This document shows, piece after piece, positions 19,321 to 29,677 of a DNA stretch of 64,000 bases. This DNA comes from a virus. The position numbers and the translations under genes are program-made. The notes under the pieces were generated by a model. The model worked only from the letters and a program-made list of their open reading frames with translations, was not told where the DNA came from and searched no databases. Where the stretch lies: positions 1-64,000 of IMG/VR virus record IMGVR_UViG_3300037067_020797. One strand, given 5' to 3'. The first letter of the stretch is position 1; each line of letters starts with the position of its first letter.

Positions 19321-19503
19321 CTATGTGTTCTCGTGTCTTTCTATATTAAATGGCACACGAAGTATTCCATTTTTAACTTTCTCAGTATACAAATAAAAAC
19401 AAAATTCATCATAATGCAACTGAAAATCATTAATAAGACGCATGCGTTCTCCATCTCTGATGAGCTTATGGCATGCATCACATACTCTTTTTCTTCCTAA
19501 CAT
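19321..19503 (-). CDS. small Cys/His-containing protein
   Basis: 60 aa. Last gene of the MoxR-vWA operon. CDACHK...H..C ligand-like residues. Confidence 0.3.
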   Translation of the reverse strand: MLGRKRVCDACHKLIRDGERMRLINDFQLHYDEFCFYLYTEKVKNGILRVPFNIERHENT

Positions 19504-21044
19504 TAAATCTCTCCAAAAATTGAAACTGCCAAATCATCTGCATCTTGTTTCATGTTACTGAGTTTTTCTACTTTATCGGAAAACAATTTTAACACAACTG
19601 GCGAACTTGGACCTGAATCAATTAGTACACTATATATAGCGACCTTATTTTCTTTTTTCCAAGTATTAAAATTTTCTAACCATTGACGTGTTACAGCAGA
19701 TTCACCGTCGGTGACAAAAATAATATCTGCTTTTTTCCATTGTTTTCCTTCACCTATTTTTGTCCTAGCCCAATCGAGCGGAGGTTCAAATTCTGTTCCC
19801 CCACATTCGAAATATTCGGCCATATCTATCATTTGTTCAATATCAAATAGGTTTTCTTTTAAAAACTCATTAGTATGCAGTTGTTCCATTCGAGCACCAG
19901 AAGAAAAATGTATCACATAAAAATCTCTTTTCTGTTCTCTCGCAATTTCAAGTAAAGCTAATGCTACAGATTTTGCCCAAACCTCGGGTAATCCTGACAT
20001 TGATCCTGATTCATCTATACAAGTGATAATTGGTCCTTTAGCTTTTTTTTCTTTGCCACGTATCTCATATACCAATGTCTTACCTTCAATGAAATCAGAT
20101 TTAAACATTTTTTTAGTTAATGGATGTTTTAATCGCATCCATTCGGTTGGAATTAATCGACCAAGATCTTTGCCTTGAGTAATAGAATGTTGTTCATCCA
20201 TTCCTCGTTTAACTTGTTCTCTTTTAGTTTGCAAAGCCAGTCTTCTATATCGCCCGGCTAATCTGGCAATTTGCTGTAGTTTTGCACTTGATCTTAGTTT
20301 ATTTAATAATTCCATCTTTTGATTTACAGGTCGTTTTGAATAGGAACCAGATCGCTCTAAACCCCAGTTACTAATCATTTCAGAGGTTTCTCGAACAGAA
20401 TCTTTTACTTTAGAAGCAATTCTTTCAATGCCTTGTACAAACTTTCGTTCCTCTGTACTAACTTGAAAAGTTTTCATGGCTTCTTCATAATGCTTCATTG
20501 CTTCTTCGAGAGTCATTTTTTTAGAGCTATTAGCTTTTCCTTCTTGATCGGATTCTTCTCCTTCTTCACCACTTTCACCTTTTTGAGCAGAATCTAAATC
20601 ACCGGCGGCTTGAATTAATGCATCCAAAGCTGCCCGTTGTTCTTTTGCTTCTTTTAGCCATTCAAGTAATTGTTGAGACATTAGTTCAGTGCCTAATGCA
20701 CTTGATAGTTCATCTAACTGAGTTATTACCCGCAATTCATTATATCTTGCACTTTCAATTAGTTTTTTTACTATTTCAGAATTTAGTAAATAATCAGGTT
20801 TCATTTTCCATTCTTCGGTCATAACTGGATCATTCTTATACAAAGCATCAAAAGTATCTTGCATAAGTTCTGGAAATTGAGGATATTCTTTTTCTCCTGA
20901 TTCTGAAGTCTCTAACAATTCTTTACTGCGCTCTTTGATAAAATTAAATTTCTCTAAATCGAACATATCATGCCCGATAGCATACTTTTCACCTTTACGA
21001 ATTTTATCGATAAAGTTGCGTTGCTTTTTTGTTAAAGAAATCAT
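19503..21044 (-). CDS. von Willebrand factor A (vWA) domain protein, partner of MoxR ATPase
   Basis: MIDAS motif ITCIDESGSMSG in the C-terminal half. Long helical N-terminal region. Start overlaps the MoxR stop. Confidence 0.65.
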   Translation of the reverse strand: MISLTKKQRNFIDKIRKGEKYAIGHDMFDLEKFNFIKERSKELLETSESGEKEYPQFPELMQDTFDALYKNDPVMTEEWKMKPDYLLNSEIVKKLIESARYNELRVITQLDELSSALGTELMSQQLLEWLKEAKEQRAALDALIQAAGDLDSAQKGESGEEGEESDQEGKANSSKKMTLEEAMKHYEEAMKTFQVSTEERKFVQGIERIASKVKDSVRETSEMISNWGLERSGSYSKRPVNQKMELLNKLRSSAKLQQIARLAGRYRRLALQTKREQVKRGMDEQHSITQGKDLGRLIPTEWMRLKHPLTKKMFKSDFIEGKTLVYEIRGKEKKAKGPIITCIDESGSMSGLPEVWAKSVALALLEIAREQKRDFYVIHFSSGARMEQLHTNEFLKENLFDIEQMIDMAEYFECGGTEFEPPLDWARTKIGEGKQWKKADIIFVTDGESAVTRQWLENFNTWKKENKVAIYSVLIDSGPSSPVVLKLFSDKVEKLSNMKQDADDLAVSIFGEI

Positions 21045-22216
21045 TTTATCAATCCAAGATCTTTACCCATTAACTTACCAACCCCAATTTCTTCAATTAA
21101 GAGTTGCTTTTTATGTGCTTCAATTTCTTTTTCTGCGCTTTCAACATCTTCTAAAGATGCTTTGCGTTGCACCATGATGTTTTTCAAAGTCTCGATTTCC
21201 TTCATAGCATCTTTCATTTTATGAAGTGCTTCTACAGCCTCATCATGTCTTTGTTTACTTTGTTTCTTACTAAATACATTAGTATATACTTCCCTACACA
21301 TCTCTAAAAGCTCCAATACTCGTTTCTTTTCAGGTGCTATTATATCTAATATTAGAGACTGTGCTTTCTTCTTTTGATCTGGAAGAGTCCATACAACATG
21401 TTTTAATACTTCAAAATCGGGAGTATCAATTGTATCTCTACCACTTAACCAGGCCTGCGCTTTTAATAAATCAATAACCATTTTGTAAGTTCTATCGCTT
21501 ACATGAAATGATTCTATAGTAAGAGTTTTTCGCATCTTAACGTAGATTTGTTGCATCTCTATAGGAAATGTTACTTGTTTTACTTCTTCCTGTGCATCCA
21601 AAATATCTTGCTTTGTTATATAAGCAGCAGGTTCAGCATCTAAATCACTTTCTAACATTTTCAGAAAGTTTCCATCTTCTTTAACATATTCGACATGATA
21701 TTTTAATAAGAATCTATCAAAAAATGCATCCAAGTTATCATCAGCATCTGGTACTTCATTTGAGGCGCCAGCAATAGTAAATAAATTTAATTTTGTGGGA
21801 GCGCCGTCGTTATAAAATATACGCTCGTTTAGTATTGTCAACATTGAATTTAAAATACTACTATTTGCTTTAAAAATTTCATCGATAAAAGCTGTAGTCG
21901 TTTTTTCGTCAGATAATTTTCCAGTTGTTACACGACGATATTGATCGTCTTCAATAGCTTTAAATGACGGAGGTCCAAATAATTCTTCTGGAGTAGAAAA
22001 TTTTGTTAATAACCATTCAAAGTACTGTGCATCTTTTATTCGTCGGTTCCATTGTTTTATAAGTGCAGATTTTGCAACACCAGCAGGACCTAACAATAAA
22101 ACATTTGTTTTGGCTAAAGATGCCAATATAATACCACGAATAGGTTCATTTCGTTCAACGAAGACCGTATTCAATTCTTGTTCCACCTCGTGGAACTTTT
22201 CACTTAATTTTTTCAT
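21041..22216 (-). CDS. MoxR-family AAA+ ATPase
   Basis: Walker A LLLGPAGVAKSAL and Walker B-like FIDEIFKA. Size and architecture typical of MoxR/RavA-like ATPases. Confidence 0.65.
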   Translation of the reverse strand: MKKLSEKFHEVEQELNTVFVERNEPIRGIILASLAKTNVLLLGPAGVAKSALIKQWNRRIKDAQYFEWLLTKFSTPEELFGPPSFKAIEDDQYRRVTTGKLSDEKTTTAFIDEIFKANSSILNSMLTILNERIFYNDGAPTKLNLFTIAGASNEVPDADDNLDAFFDRFLLKYHVEYVKEDGNFLKMLESDLDAEPAAYITKQDILDAQEEVKQVTFPIEMQQIYVKMRKTLTIESFHVSDRTYKMVIDLLKAQAWLSGRDTIDTPDFEVLKHVVWTLPDQKKKAQSLILDIIAPEKKRVLELLEMCREVYTNVFSKKQSKQRHDEAVEALHKMKDAMKEIETLKNIMVQRKASLEDVESAEKEIEAHKKQLLIEEIGVGKLMGKDLGLIK

Positions 22217-22755
22217 TGATCTTTCAAAAATTCCATTCCGGTCAACATCTTCATTTGTAAAAGAGTTGCTCCATAATTTGGCCCAAAGGATATAACTGTA
22301 CCTATAACATCAAACTGGGTTTTTAACCATCTTTCTATTTGCTTTTTCATATCGGCAGAAATAGTGCCTCGAGTTGAAAATTGCAAATAAGTATCATCAT
22401 TTTTACCTTTAACTGTTATAATAGTCACAGGCTGTGGTGCTAAAGGATCAATGCCAAATTGTGTCATCATGTGTTTCCTGTCTTCTTCAGAGATGACCAC
22501 AGATTCTTTTTCAGGTTGTTCTGGTGATGTCATTGACAACTTTTTTAATTGTTCAGTTTTCTCTATAGTTTCTAACTCAATCTTCCCGTTGGGATGACCA
22601 AAAGAAGCAGGATCAGGTATTTTATCTGATTCTCCCACCTGCTTTAAAAATGCTGCTAAACAAAACCAACATACTTGTTGGTTTGAAGCCATTTCTTCAT
22701 CTGTTAATTCTCGATGACAACGAGAACACAAACGATTTTTACTTTGAACTGCCAT
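22213..22755 (-). CDS. zinc-ribbon protein, first gene of the MoxR/vWA operon (possible third component)
   Basis: N-terminal CSRCH...CWFC zinc ribbon. Stop overlaps the MoxR start. Confidence 0.35.
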   Translation of the reverse strand: MAVQSKNRLCSRCHRELTDEEMASNQQVCWFCLAAFLKQVGESDKIPDPASFGHPNGKIELETIEKTEQLKKLSMTSPEQPEKESVVISEEDRKHMMTQFGIDPLAPQPVTIITVKGKNDDTYLQFSTRGTISADMKKQIERWLKTQFDVIGTVISFGPNYGATLLQMKMLTGMEFLKDQ

Positions 22756-22998
22756 TGTAAATACTCCAAACTATAAAAATCTTATACCATAAAAAAGATA
22801 GCAGGATATATTCTGCTACCTAAAGATGACCTACTTACGCCATCCACCGCTTAGAATAATGAAGCTATTCATTGCGTGCCTCCTTCGGTACAGCTCGAAA
22901 AAGGTTGTGGAGTCGGCGAGTTAGCCGCTACATCGCTGCTGATAATCTCTTGAGATATTCAGTCAGCTGAACATTAACTTCCCCGTAGGGAAGCGAAA

Positions 22999-23442
22999 TC
23001 ATTTTGAGGTTGATTTCGAAGTACCTTTTACTTTTTTTGTTTTAGATCTATAAGGTCCTGATAATGGTCGCTTTATATTAACAACGTGAGTTGGTTTAGA
23101 AGCATCTAAACTAATGTACCACGCACTGTCAAGTATAATACGTATAATCTTTTCTTTGGTAATAGGTTCTTTTAGTTCCATAAACTTTTTTACATAATGA
23201 TTAAGTTCTACCAAAGCCTTATTACGATCTTGATTTTCAACAGCCCCTTTAAACTCAGAAATACACTCACTTCGTTTTTCCAAAAGATATAATATAAGAT
23301 CCTCGCGTGTGATTTCTTTATAATTTTCAGGAAGATTTATACTCGCAAGAAGCCTAATTGCTAATTGCACCTCCCGTGTGTCCGTGCTCTTAATTAATGG
23401 GTTAAGAATACGAAACACTTTTGAATCGTAGGCTCTTTTCAT
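22999..23442 (-). CDS. hypothetical protein
   Basis: 147 aa ORF divergent from the RNAP gene. Followed by two tandem hairpins at 22978-23018. Confidence 0.35.
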   Translation of the reverse strand: MKRAYDSKVFRILNPLIKSTDTREVQLAIRLLASINLPENYKEITREDLILYLLEKRSECISEFKGAVENQDRNKALVELNHYVKKFMELKEPITKEKIIRIILDSAWYISLDASKPTHVVNIKRPLSGPYRSKTKKVKGTSKSTSK

Positions 23443-23514
23443 GTTGTATTGTTTCCTTCCTGTATCGAGTTATAAGATTAGTTAGATTACCTACTTATTC
23501 TTATACCAAAACTA

Positions 23515-23542
23515 TTGATTTTAATCTTTTATTATAGTATAA
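23515..23542 (+). promoter_or_regulatory. sigma70-like promoter for the RNAP gene (TTGATT - 16 nt - TATAAT) with RBS AGGAG
   Basis: Near-consensus -35 and -10 boxes. AGGAG lies 8 nt before the ATG at 23567. Confidence 0.5.
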
Positions 23543-23566
23543 TAACATATTCTTAGGAGAACCACC

Positions 23567-26500
23567 ATGCCTTCAATTTCATTGCATGCGGAACAAAAGG
23601 CTTTATTAGAAGATAAATTAAATCCAAACGAACAAAACAAATTTATTCAAGAAGCCTTAAAAAATTCCATAAAACAACAATTTCCTGTAATTGGTAATAA
23701 TCACACATTAGAATTAATAGGTAGCCCAAAAATTGATGATAATTTAGATGACTGGGATATGCCTGCACAAAAAGAAATAAAGTTATTAGGCAAGACTTGG
23801 CAAATACCAGTTTATGCTTCATTTCGATTACGAGATAATAAAACAAATATGATCGTAGATGAAGTGAAAGACATGAAAATTGCAAATATACCAAAACTTA
23901 CAGATCGATTCTCCATGATTATAGGTGGCAATGAGTATACAACTATTAATCAATTTAGATTAAAATCAGGTGTATATGCTCGACAAAAAGAAAATGGTGA
24001 AATGGAATCCTTTTTCAACCTTGCTGTTGGATATAATTTTAAGATGGAATTGGATCCAGCTGAAAGCGTATTTTATATTTATGTAGCAAAACAAAGATTT
24101 CACTTATATACACTTCTACATGCTTTAGGAATAACAGATACAGAAATGGCAAAATATTGGGGACAAGAAATTGCCGATAAAAATAAAACTGCTGGACTTA
24201 ACGAAGAAGGCAAAGAAATCCCATTGTTGTGGGAAAAATTACGACGACAAAAGGTTGGATATGAAGAAGCTCTAACAAATGTTCGTCAGTACTTAGATAG
24301 CACCCGCATGGACCCATCTGTAAATAAGATTACATTGGGAAATGAATATGATCGAGTATCACCTGAAGCTCTTTTATCCAGTTCAAGTAAGTTGTTAAAG
24401 GTTATGAGAGGAGAAGAGGCAGAAGATGAACGTGATTCCTTATTATTTAAACAGCTATATACAGTAGATGAGCAATTACAACAATTTTTTGCGAAGAATA
24501 CTCAAAATGCTTTAAGGAATTTAAAATATCGTACAGATAATAAAGAAAGCGTTCGAGAAATTATATCTCCGGATACTTATACAGAACCTATTCGTAAATT
24601 TTTTACAACTGGTGATTTAAGTAATCCTTCTCCTCAAACTAATCCGGTTGAGATGGTTTCCGAATGGAAAAAGACAACTGTAACAGGTACAGGTGGTATA
24701 CAAAGTGAACATGCGGTTACCTTTAAAACTCGCGATGTGCACCCGTCGCATTTTGGATTTTTAGATCCTTTACACACTCCTGAAGGTCATAAAGTTGGGG
24801 TGACTTTAAGTTTAGGATTAGGTGTAAGTAAAATAGGAAAAGATATAAAAACTACTATAATCTATCCTAATGGCAAGGAAGAAAACGTTACTCCTATAGA
24901 ATTCTATAATATGAAAATTGGTTTTCCAGATCAGCATGAAAATGGAAAAGCAAAATATTCTAAAATACGTGTTATGTATAAAGGACAAGTAGATGAAATA
25001 AATAAAACTGAAGTAGATGCATATCTACTTGATCCTACAACTATGTTCGGTTGGACTACCAACTTAATTCCATTTTTAAACACTAATTCTGGTAACCGCG
25101 CTGCTGTAGCAGCTAAAATGGCAAGTCAAGCTGTACCGTTAAAATATGCTGAAAGTCCACTTGTAAAAGTACAAACACCAAGTGGGAATACTTTGGATCA
25201 ACTGCTCGGAGTTATAGCGACAACTCGTGTACGAAATGAAATAGGCAATGGAACAGTAACAGATATAACAGATGATTATGTAGCTATAAAAGGCGATGAT
25301 GGTAAAAAACATAAAGTAGGATTGTATAATAATTTTCCATTAAATCAAGAAAGTTTTTTACATTCTACCCCTATTGTAAAAGTTGGTGATCGTATTAAAC
25401 CATATGAAGTTTTGGCACGAAATAATTTTTCAGATAAAAAAGGTAATTATGCTTATGGAATTAATGCTACAGTCGCATACATGCCTTGGTATGGCTATAA
25501 CTTTGAAGACGGTGTTGTAGTTACCGAATCTTTAGCTAAAAATTTAACGTCCACTGTAATATTAAAGAAAAGTATACAAATAGCTGCAGATGGTTTATTA
25601 GAAAAACAAAAATTTACTTCATATTATCCGGAGAAGTTGTCTGTATCAAATCTAACCAAATTAGACGATTCAGGTGTAATTAAAGAAGGCGAAAAAGTAT
25701 TACCTGGAGAAACACTTGTTGCTTATTTATCTAAAGTCGAACTCACAGATACCGAAAAGATATTGAAGCAAATGAATAAAGTTATTTCACATCCTTATCG
25801 TGATAGATCTATGGTATGGGACGGAGAACATGAGGGTACTGTAAAATACGTCAAGAAAATTGGAAATACAATTAGTGTTTGGGTTTATGAAGAAAGACCG
25901 TTGGTAGTCGGTGATAAACTTGCTGCACGTTATGGAGACAAAGGAATAGTTACAAAAATAATTCCAGATGCCGAAGCACCCTATACTAAAGATGGAACTC
26001 GAATTGATATTATCTTCAACCCACACGGTGTTGTGGGTCGTATGAACTTAGGTCAAATGTTGGAAACAGCTGCTGGCAAATTAGCTATGAAAACCGGTAC
26101 TCCATATATTGTAAAGAATTTCGCGGATAAAGATTATTTGTCTGATATAACAGCGCAATTAAAGAAAAATAAAATTCCAGCCGATGAGATATTATACAAT
26201 AAGGATGGTAAACCAATAACCAAGGCACCAGTATTTTGGGGTGTTAAATACTATTTAAAACTTATGCATGTTGTAGAGCATAAATTTAAGAGCCGTGATA
26301 TACCAGGAACTTATGATGCCAACGAACAACCAGCAAAGGGAGAAGAAGGTGGGCAATCAATAGATCCGTTACAGTCTTATGCATTATTAGCGCATGGTGC
26401 CCGACAAAATTTATATGAATTTGCTGCAATTAAATCACAGAAAAATGATGAATATTGGCGTAATCTACAGCTTGGATTTCCACCCCCGAAACCACAAAAA

Positions 26501-29500
26501 AACTTTGTGTTTGATAAAATGTTGGCTTACTTAAAGGGCGCAGGAATAAATGTTGGTAAAGATGGTTATAAAATGAAATTATTCCCCGCTACAACTAAAG
26601 ACGTTATGTCTTGGAGTGCCGGCGAAATAAAAGACGGCGGACATTTATTAAGAGGAAAAGATTTATCAGAAATAGAAGGCGGTTTGTTTGATCCTAAATT
26701 AACAGGTGGTGGGCTTAAAGGAACTAATTGGAATCATATCCTATTACAAGAACCTATGCCCAATCCAATTTTTGAGCCTGCAATACAATCCTTAACTGGA
26801 CTTAATGGCAGACAATACGATCAAGTAATGAACGAGGAACTTGTAATTGACGGTTTAACTGGTGCGAAATTAATAAAAAAATTACTGCATAATATTGATG
26901 TTGGCAGAGAATTAACTAAGACTAAAAAGGCTTTAATTACAACTGGACCTACACAGGTCAACATGTTAAATAAACGTGTAAGATATTTACAAGTTTTAAA
27001 AGACTTTAAATTAGCCCCAGAAGATGCTTATATGATGAAAGCGGTACCTATCTTGCCGCCGATTTTTAGACCTATATACCCATTACCATCAGGAGATTTG
27101 CAAGAATCGCCTATAAACAAACATTATCGTAATGTATCTTTGATAAATAATCAAATTAAAGAAATTAAAAAATCCGGAGTAAGCGACCAAGAGTTTAATA
27201 AAACTAATCGGGTTTCATTATATAATTCGTTAAAAGCGTTAGAAGGTTTAGCCGATCCTATGACATATACCCGAGAAAAATATGAAGGCTTAATAAAAAC
27301 CTTAGCAGGAGATTCTCCTAAGGAAGGATTCATACAAAACAAAGTATGGGGTAAACGACAGGACTTATCTGCAAGATCAACAGTAACAGTGGAACCTTCT
27401 ATAGGAATGGATCAAATAGGATTGCCTGAACCTATGCTTCGTAGTATTATGAAGCCATTTATTATTCGTGAATTAGTGCGGCAAGGTTATAAACCTATAA
27501 ATGCTGTAAAAGAATATCAAGACTGGACACCTATTGCTGATCAAGCCCTTAATGTGGTTATAAAAGAACGCCCGGTTTTAATGAATAGGGCACCATCATT
27601 ACATAAACATAATGTACAAGCATTTTATCCAAGGCGTTTTGACGGTATGAGTATTCGGGTTAATCCTTTAATTGTAAAAGGATTAAACATGGATTTTGAT
27701 GGAGACACAGCAAGTATACACGTACCTGTGAGTGAAGCAGCAGTTGAAGAAGCAAAAGGAATGTTACCAAGCAAAAATCTACACAAAGCGGGGGATAGCG
27801 AGCAAATGCATCAGCTTAGTCAAGATTATCAACTTGGAGTTTATTTCTTAACTGTTCCAGGTAAAAATACCGGAAAGAAGTTTTCTACTCCTCAAGCCGC
27901 AATGAAGGCGGGTCTTGGTATGCAGGATCAGTTTACAATGGGCGGTAAAAAAGTCACGCTCGGTAAAATTCTCATAAATAGTGTATTACCTAAAGGTCTT
28001 CAAGATTATAGTCAAGAATATAATTCTAAATATGTAAAAAAATTAGCTGAAACTTTATATAGAAATTATCCAAATGACTTTGCTAAAATTATGGATCATT
28101 TTAAAAACGTTGGCAGACAGTATGCAGTAGAACGTGGTTCAACACTTTCTATTACAGATATTAACGTGGATCGTTCTTATCGAAATAAAATATTAGATAA
28201 GTATGAAAAACAAATGACCTCCAAAATGAAACCAGAAGAACGTCTTGAATTGTATATGCAAGCAAAAAATGATATACAGAAAAAACAAGATGAGCTGTTT
28301 GGTAATAACAACAGATTTTATGACATGTTACGAAGTGGTAGTACAAGTAAAGGTGGCCAGATAGCACAAATTTTATCTATGCCTGGAGTTGTTGAAGATG
28401 TGCATGGCAACCCCATTCCCTTTCCTATTAAAAAATCTTGGGCTGAAGGTGTTGATACTTTTGATTATTGGAATCAATCTTATGGTGCACGTAAAGGTGT
28501 TGTAGATAAATCTATAAATACCCAAGAAAGTGGTGGAGTTAATAAAGAATTATTATTCAATACAAAAAATCTTATAATAGTAGAAGAAGATTGTGGAACT
28601 CCTGATTTTATAGAAATTCCAATTGATAGTAAAGAAGTAAGAGATCGTTATCTTGCTAAAAGCATTAGCGGTGTAGGCTCTCGTAATGAACTTATAGATT
28701 CAGATTTGCTTACAAAAGCAAGGAAAAAACATTTAGAAGTATTGCCAGTGCGTTCCCCTCTGCAATGTGAATCAGATGGAGGTGTTTGTGTAAAATGTTA
28801 TGGCTTACTTGCCAATGGACAACCCCCTCGTATAGGAGAGAATGTTGGTGTATTAGACGCTGAAGCCATCACTGAAAGATCAACGCAGTTAACTTTACAA
28901 ACCTTCCATACTGGAGGCGTGGCCGGCGCAAAAACAGGAATCTTGGCTGGATTCCCAAGATTAAAAGAATTATTATATGTTCCTAAAACTGTGATTGACA
29001 AAGCTATATTAGCAGAGGAATCTGGAATTGTTCGTTCAATATTACCTAATCCAGTTGGAGGTTTTGACCTTTATATAGGAGAAAAACGTTATTATATTCC
29101 TATTGGATTAACAATTAAAGTTGATGTGGGACAAACTGTAAAAAGAGGTGACTCATTAACTACTGGAAGTATTAAGCCACAAGAATTGTCGGCATTAAAA
29201 GATCATTTGACAGCACAATTATATACTGCCGATGAAATAAATAAAATATATGATAAGAAGTTCGCTCGTAAATCTATTGAAACAGTGTTAAGAGGTACAA
29301 GTAACTTTGCTGAAGTTACTGAAATACCTGAAGGTACCGAAGTAACTTGGTTACGTGGAGATACTGTGCCTATTACAACGATAAAAAAAATAAATAGGGA
29401 ACTTGAATCTGAAGGAAAACCTACAGTAAAGTATAGTCCCTTCTTTAAGAGTATTGATGTATTACCATTAGAAGGAGAAGACTGGTTAAGCAGATTAACA

Positions 29501-29644
29501 ACAAATAGACTCAAGCAAACAATACAAGACGCTGCAGCGATGGGTTATGAATCAAATATAAAAGGTACCGATCCGATGCCTGCATATCTACATGCAACGG
29601 ATTTTGGTCAGGATTTAGATCCTGATAAGAAAAAATTCTTCTAA
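23567..29644 (+). CDS. DNA-directed RNA polymerase, single-polypeptide fusion of beta-like and beta-prime-like modules
   Basis: Beta signatures GDKLAARYGDKGIVTKI...NPHGVVGRMNLGQMLE and GGQSIDPLQSYALLAHGA. These are followed in the same chain by beta-prime signatures NMDFDGDTASIHVPVSEAAVEEA (NADFDGD catalytic loop) and the conserved N-terminal beta-prime segment, which has no cysteines. Total 2025 aa. Confidence 0.85.
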   Translation: MPSISLHAEQKALLEDKLNPNEQNKFIQEALKNSIKQQFPVIGNNHTLELIGSPKIDDNLDDWDMPAQKEIKLLGKTWQIPVYASFRLRDNKTNMIVDEVKDMKIANIPKLTDRFSMIIGGNEYTTINQFRLKSGVYARQKENGEMESFFNLAVGYNFKMELDPAESVFYIYVAKQRFHLYTLLHALGITDTEMAKYWGQEIADKNKTAGLNEEGKEIPLLWEKLRRQKVGYEEALTNVRQYLDSTRMDPSVNKITLGNEYDRVSPEALLSSSSKLLKVMRGEEAEDERDSLLFKQLYTVDEQLQQFFAKNTQNALRNLKYRTDNKESVREIISPDTYTEPIRKFFTTGDLSNPSPQTNPVEMVSEWKKTTVTGTGGIQSEHAVTFKTRDVHPSHFGFLDPLHTPEGHKVGVTLSLGLGVSKIGKDIKTTIIYPNGKEENVTPIEFYNMKIGFPDQHENGKAKYSKIRVMYKGQVDEINKTEVDAYLLDPTTMFGWTTNLIPFLNTNSGNRAAVAAKMASQAVPLKYAESPLVKVQTPSGNTLDQLLGVIATTRVRNEIGNGTVTDITDDYVAIKGDDGKKHKVGLYNNFPLNQESFLHSTPIVKVGDRIKPYEVLARNNFSDKKGNYAYGINATVAYMPWYGYNFEDGVVVTESLAKNLTSTVILKKSIQIAADGLLEKQKFTSYYPEKLSVSNLTKLDDSGVIKEGEKVLPGETLVAYLSKVELTDTEKILKQMNKVISHPYRDRSMVWDGEHEGTVKYVKKIGNTISVWVYEERPLVVGDKLAARYGDKGIVTKIIPDAEAPYTKDGTRIDIIFNPHGVVGRMNLGQMLETAAGKLAMKTGTPYIVKNFADKDYLSDITAQLKKNKIPADEILYNKDGKPITKAPVFWGVKYYLKLMHVVEHKFKSRDIPGTYDANEQPAKGEEGGQSIDPLQSYALLAHGARQNLYEFAAIKSQKNDEYWRNLQLGFPPPKPQKNFVFDKMLAYLKGAGINVGKDGYKMKLFPATTKDVMSWSAGEIKDGGHLLRGKDLSEIEGGLFDPKLTGGGLKGTNWNHILLQEPMPNPIFEPAIQSLTGLNGRQYDQVMNEELVIDGLTGAKLIKKLLHNIDVGRELTKTKKALITTGPTQVNMLNKRVRYLQVLKDFKLAPEDAYMMKAVPILPPIFRPIYPLPSGDLQESPINKHYRNVSLINNQIKEIKKSGVSDQEFNKTNRVSLYNSLKALEGLADPMTYTREKYEGLIKTLAGDSPKEGFIQNKVWGKRQDLSARSTVTVEPSIGMDQIGLPEPMLRSIMKPFIIRELVRQGYKPINAVKEYQDWTPIADQALNVVIKERPVLMNRAPSLHKHNVQAFYPRRFDGMSIRVNPLIVKGLNMDFDGDTASIHVPVSEAAVEEAKGMLPSKNLHKAGDSEQMHQLSQDYQLGVYFLTVPGKNTGKKFSTPQAAMKAGLGMQDQFTMGGKKVTLGKILINSVLPKGLQDYSQEYNSKYVKKLAETLYRNYPNDFAKIMDHFKNVGRQYAVERGSTLSITDINVDRSYRNKILDKYEKQMTSKMKPEERLELYMQAKNDIQKKQDELFGNNNRFYDMLRSGSTSKGGQIAQILSMPGVVEDVHGNPIPFPIKKSWAEGVDTFDYWNQSYGARKGVVDKSINTQESGGVNKELLFNTKNLIIVEEDCGTPDFIEIPIDSKEVRDRYLAKSISGVGSRNELIDSDLLTKARKKHLEVLPVRSPLQCESDGGVCVKCYGLLANGQPPRIGENVGVLDAEAITERSTQLTLQTFHTGGVAGAKTGILAGFPRLKELLYVPKTVIDKAILAEESGIVRSILPNPVGGFDLYIGEKRYYIPIGLTIKVDVGQTVKRGDSLTTGSIKPQELSALKDHLTAQLYTADEINKIYDKKFARKSIETVLRGTSNFAEVTEIPEGTEVTWLRGDTVPITTIKKINRELESEGKPTVKYSPFFKSIDVLPLEGEDWLSRLTTNRLKQTIQDAAAMGYESNIKGTDPMPAYLHATDFGQDLDPDKKKFF

Positions 29645-29649
29645 AAAGT

Positions 29650-29677
29650 AGGCGCCTGATTAAGGCGCCTTTTTATT
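29650..29677 (+). terminator. intrinsic terminator (AGGCGCC-tgattaa-GGCGCCT + TTTTATT)
   Basis: Perfect 7-bp GC stem and T-run immediately after the RNAP stop. Same loop family as the terminator at 9631. Confidence 0.65.

Noticed and set aside
23643-29514. Six minus-strand ORFs of 63-103 aa inside the RNAP gene (23643..23894, 25787..26026, 27151..27342, 28161..28367, 28798..29001, 29203..29514).
   Set aside because: All lie antisense within a 2025-aa ORF with unambiguous RNAP motifs. They have low-complexity composition and are typical spurious antisense frames in AT-rich DNA.
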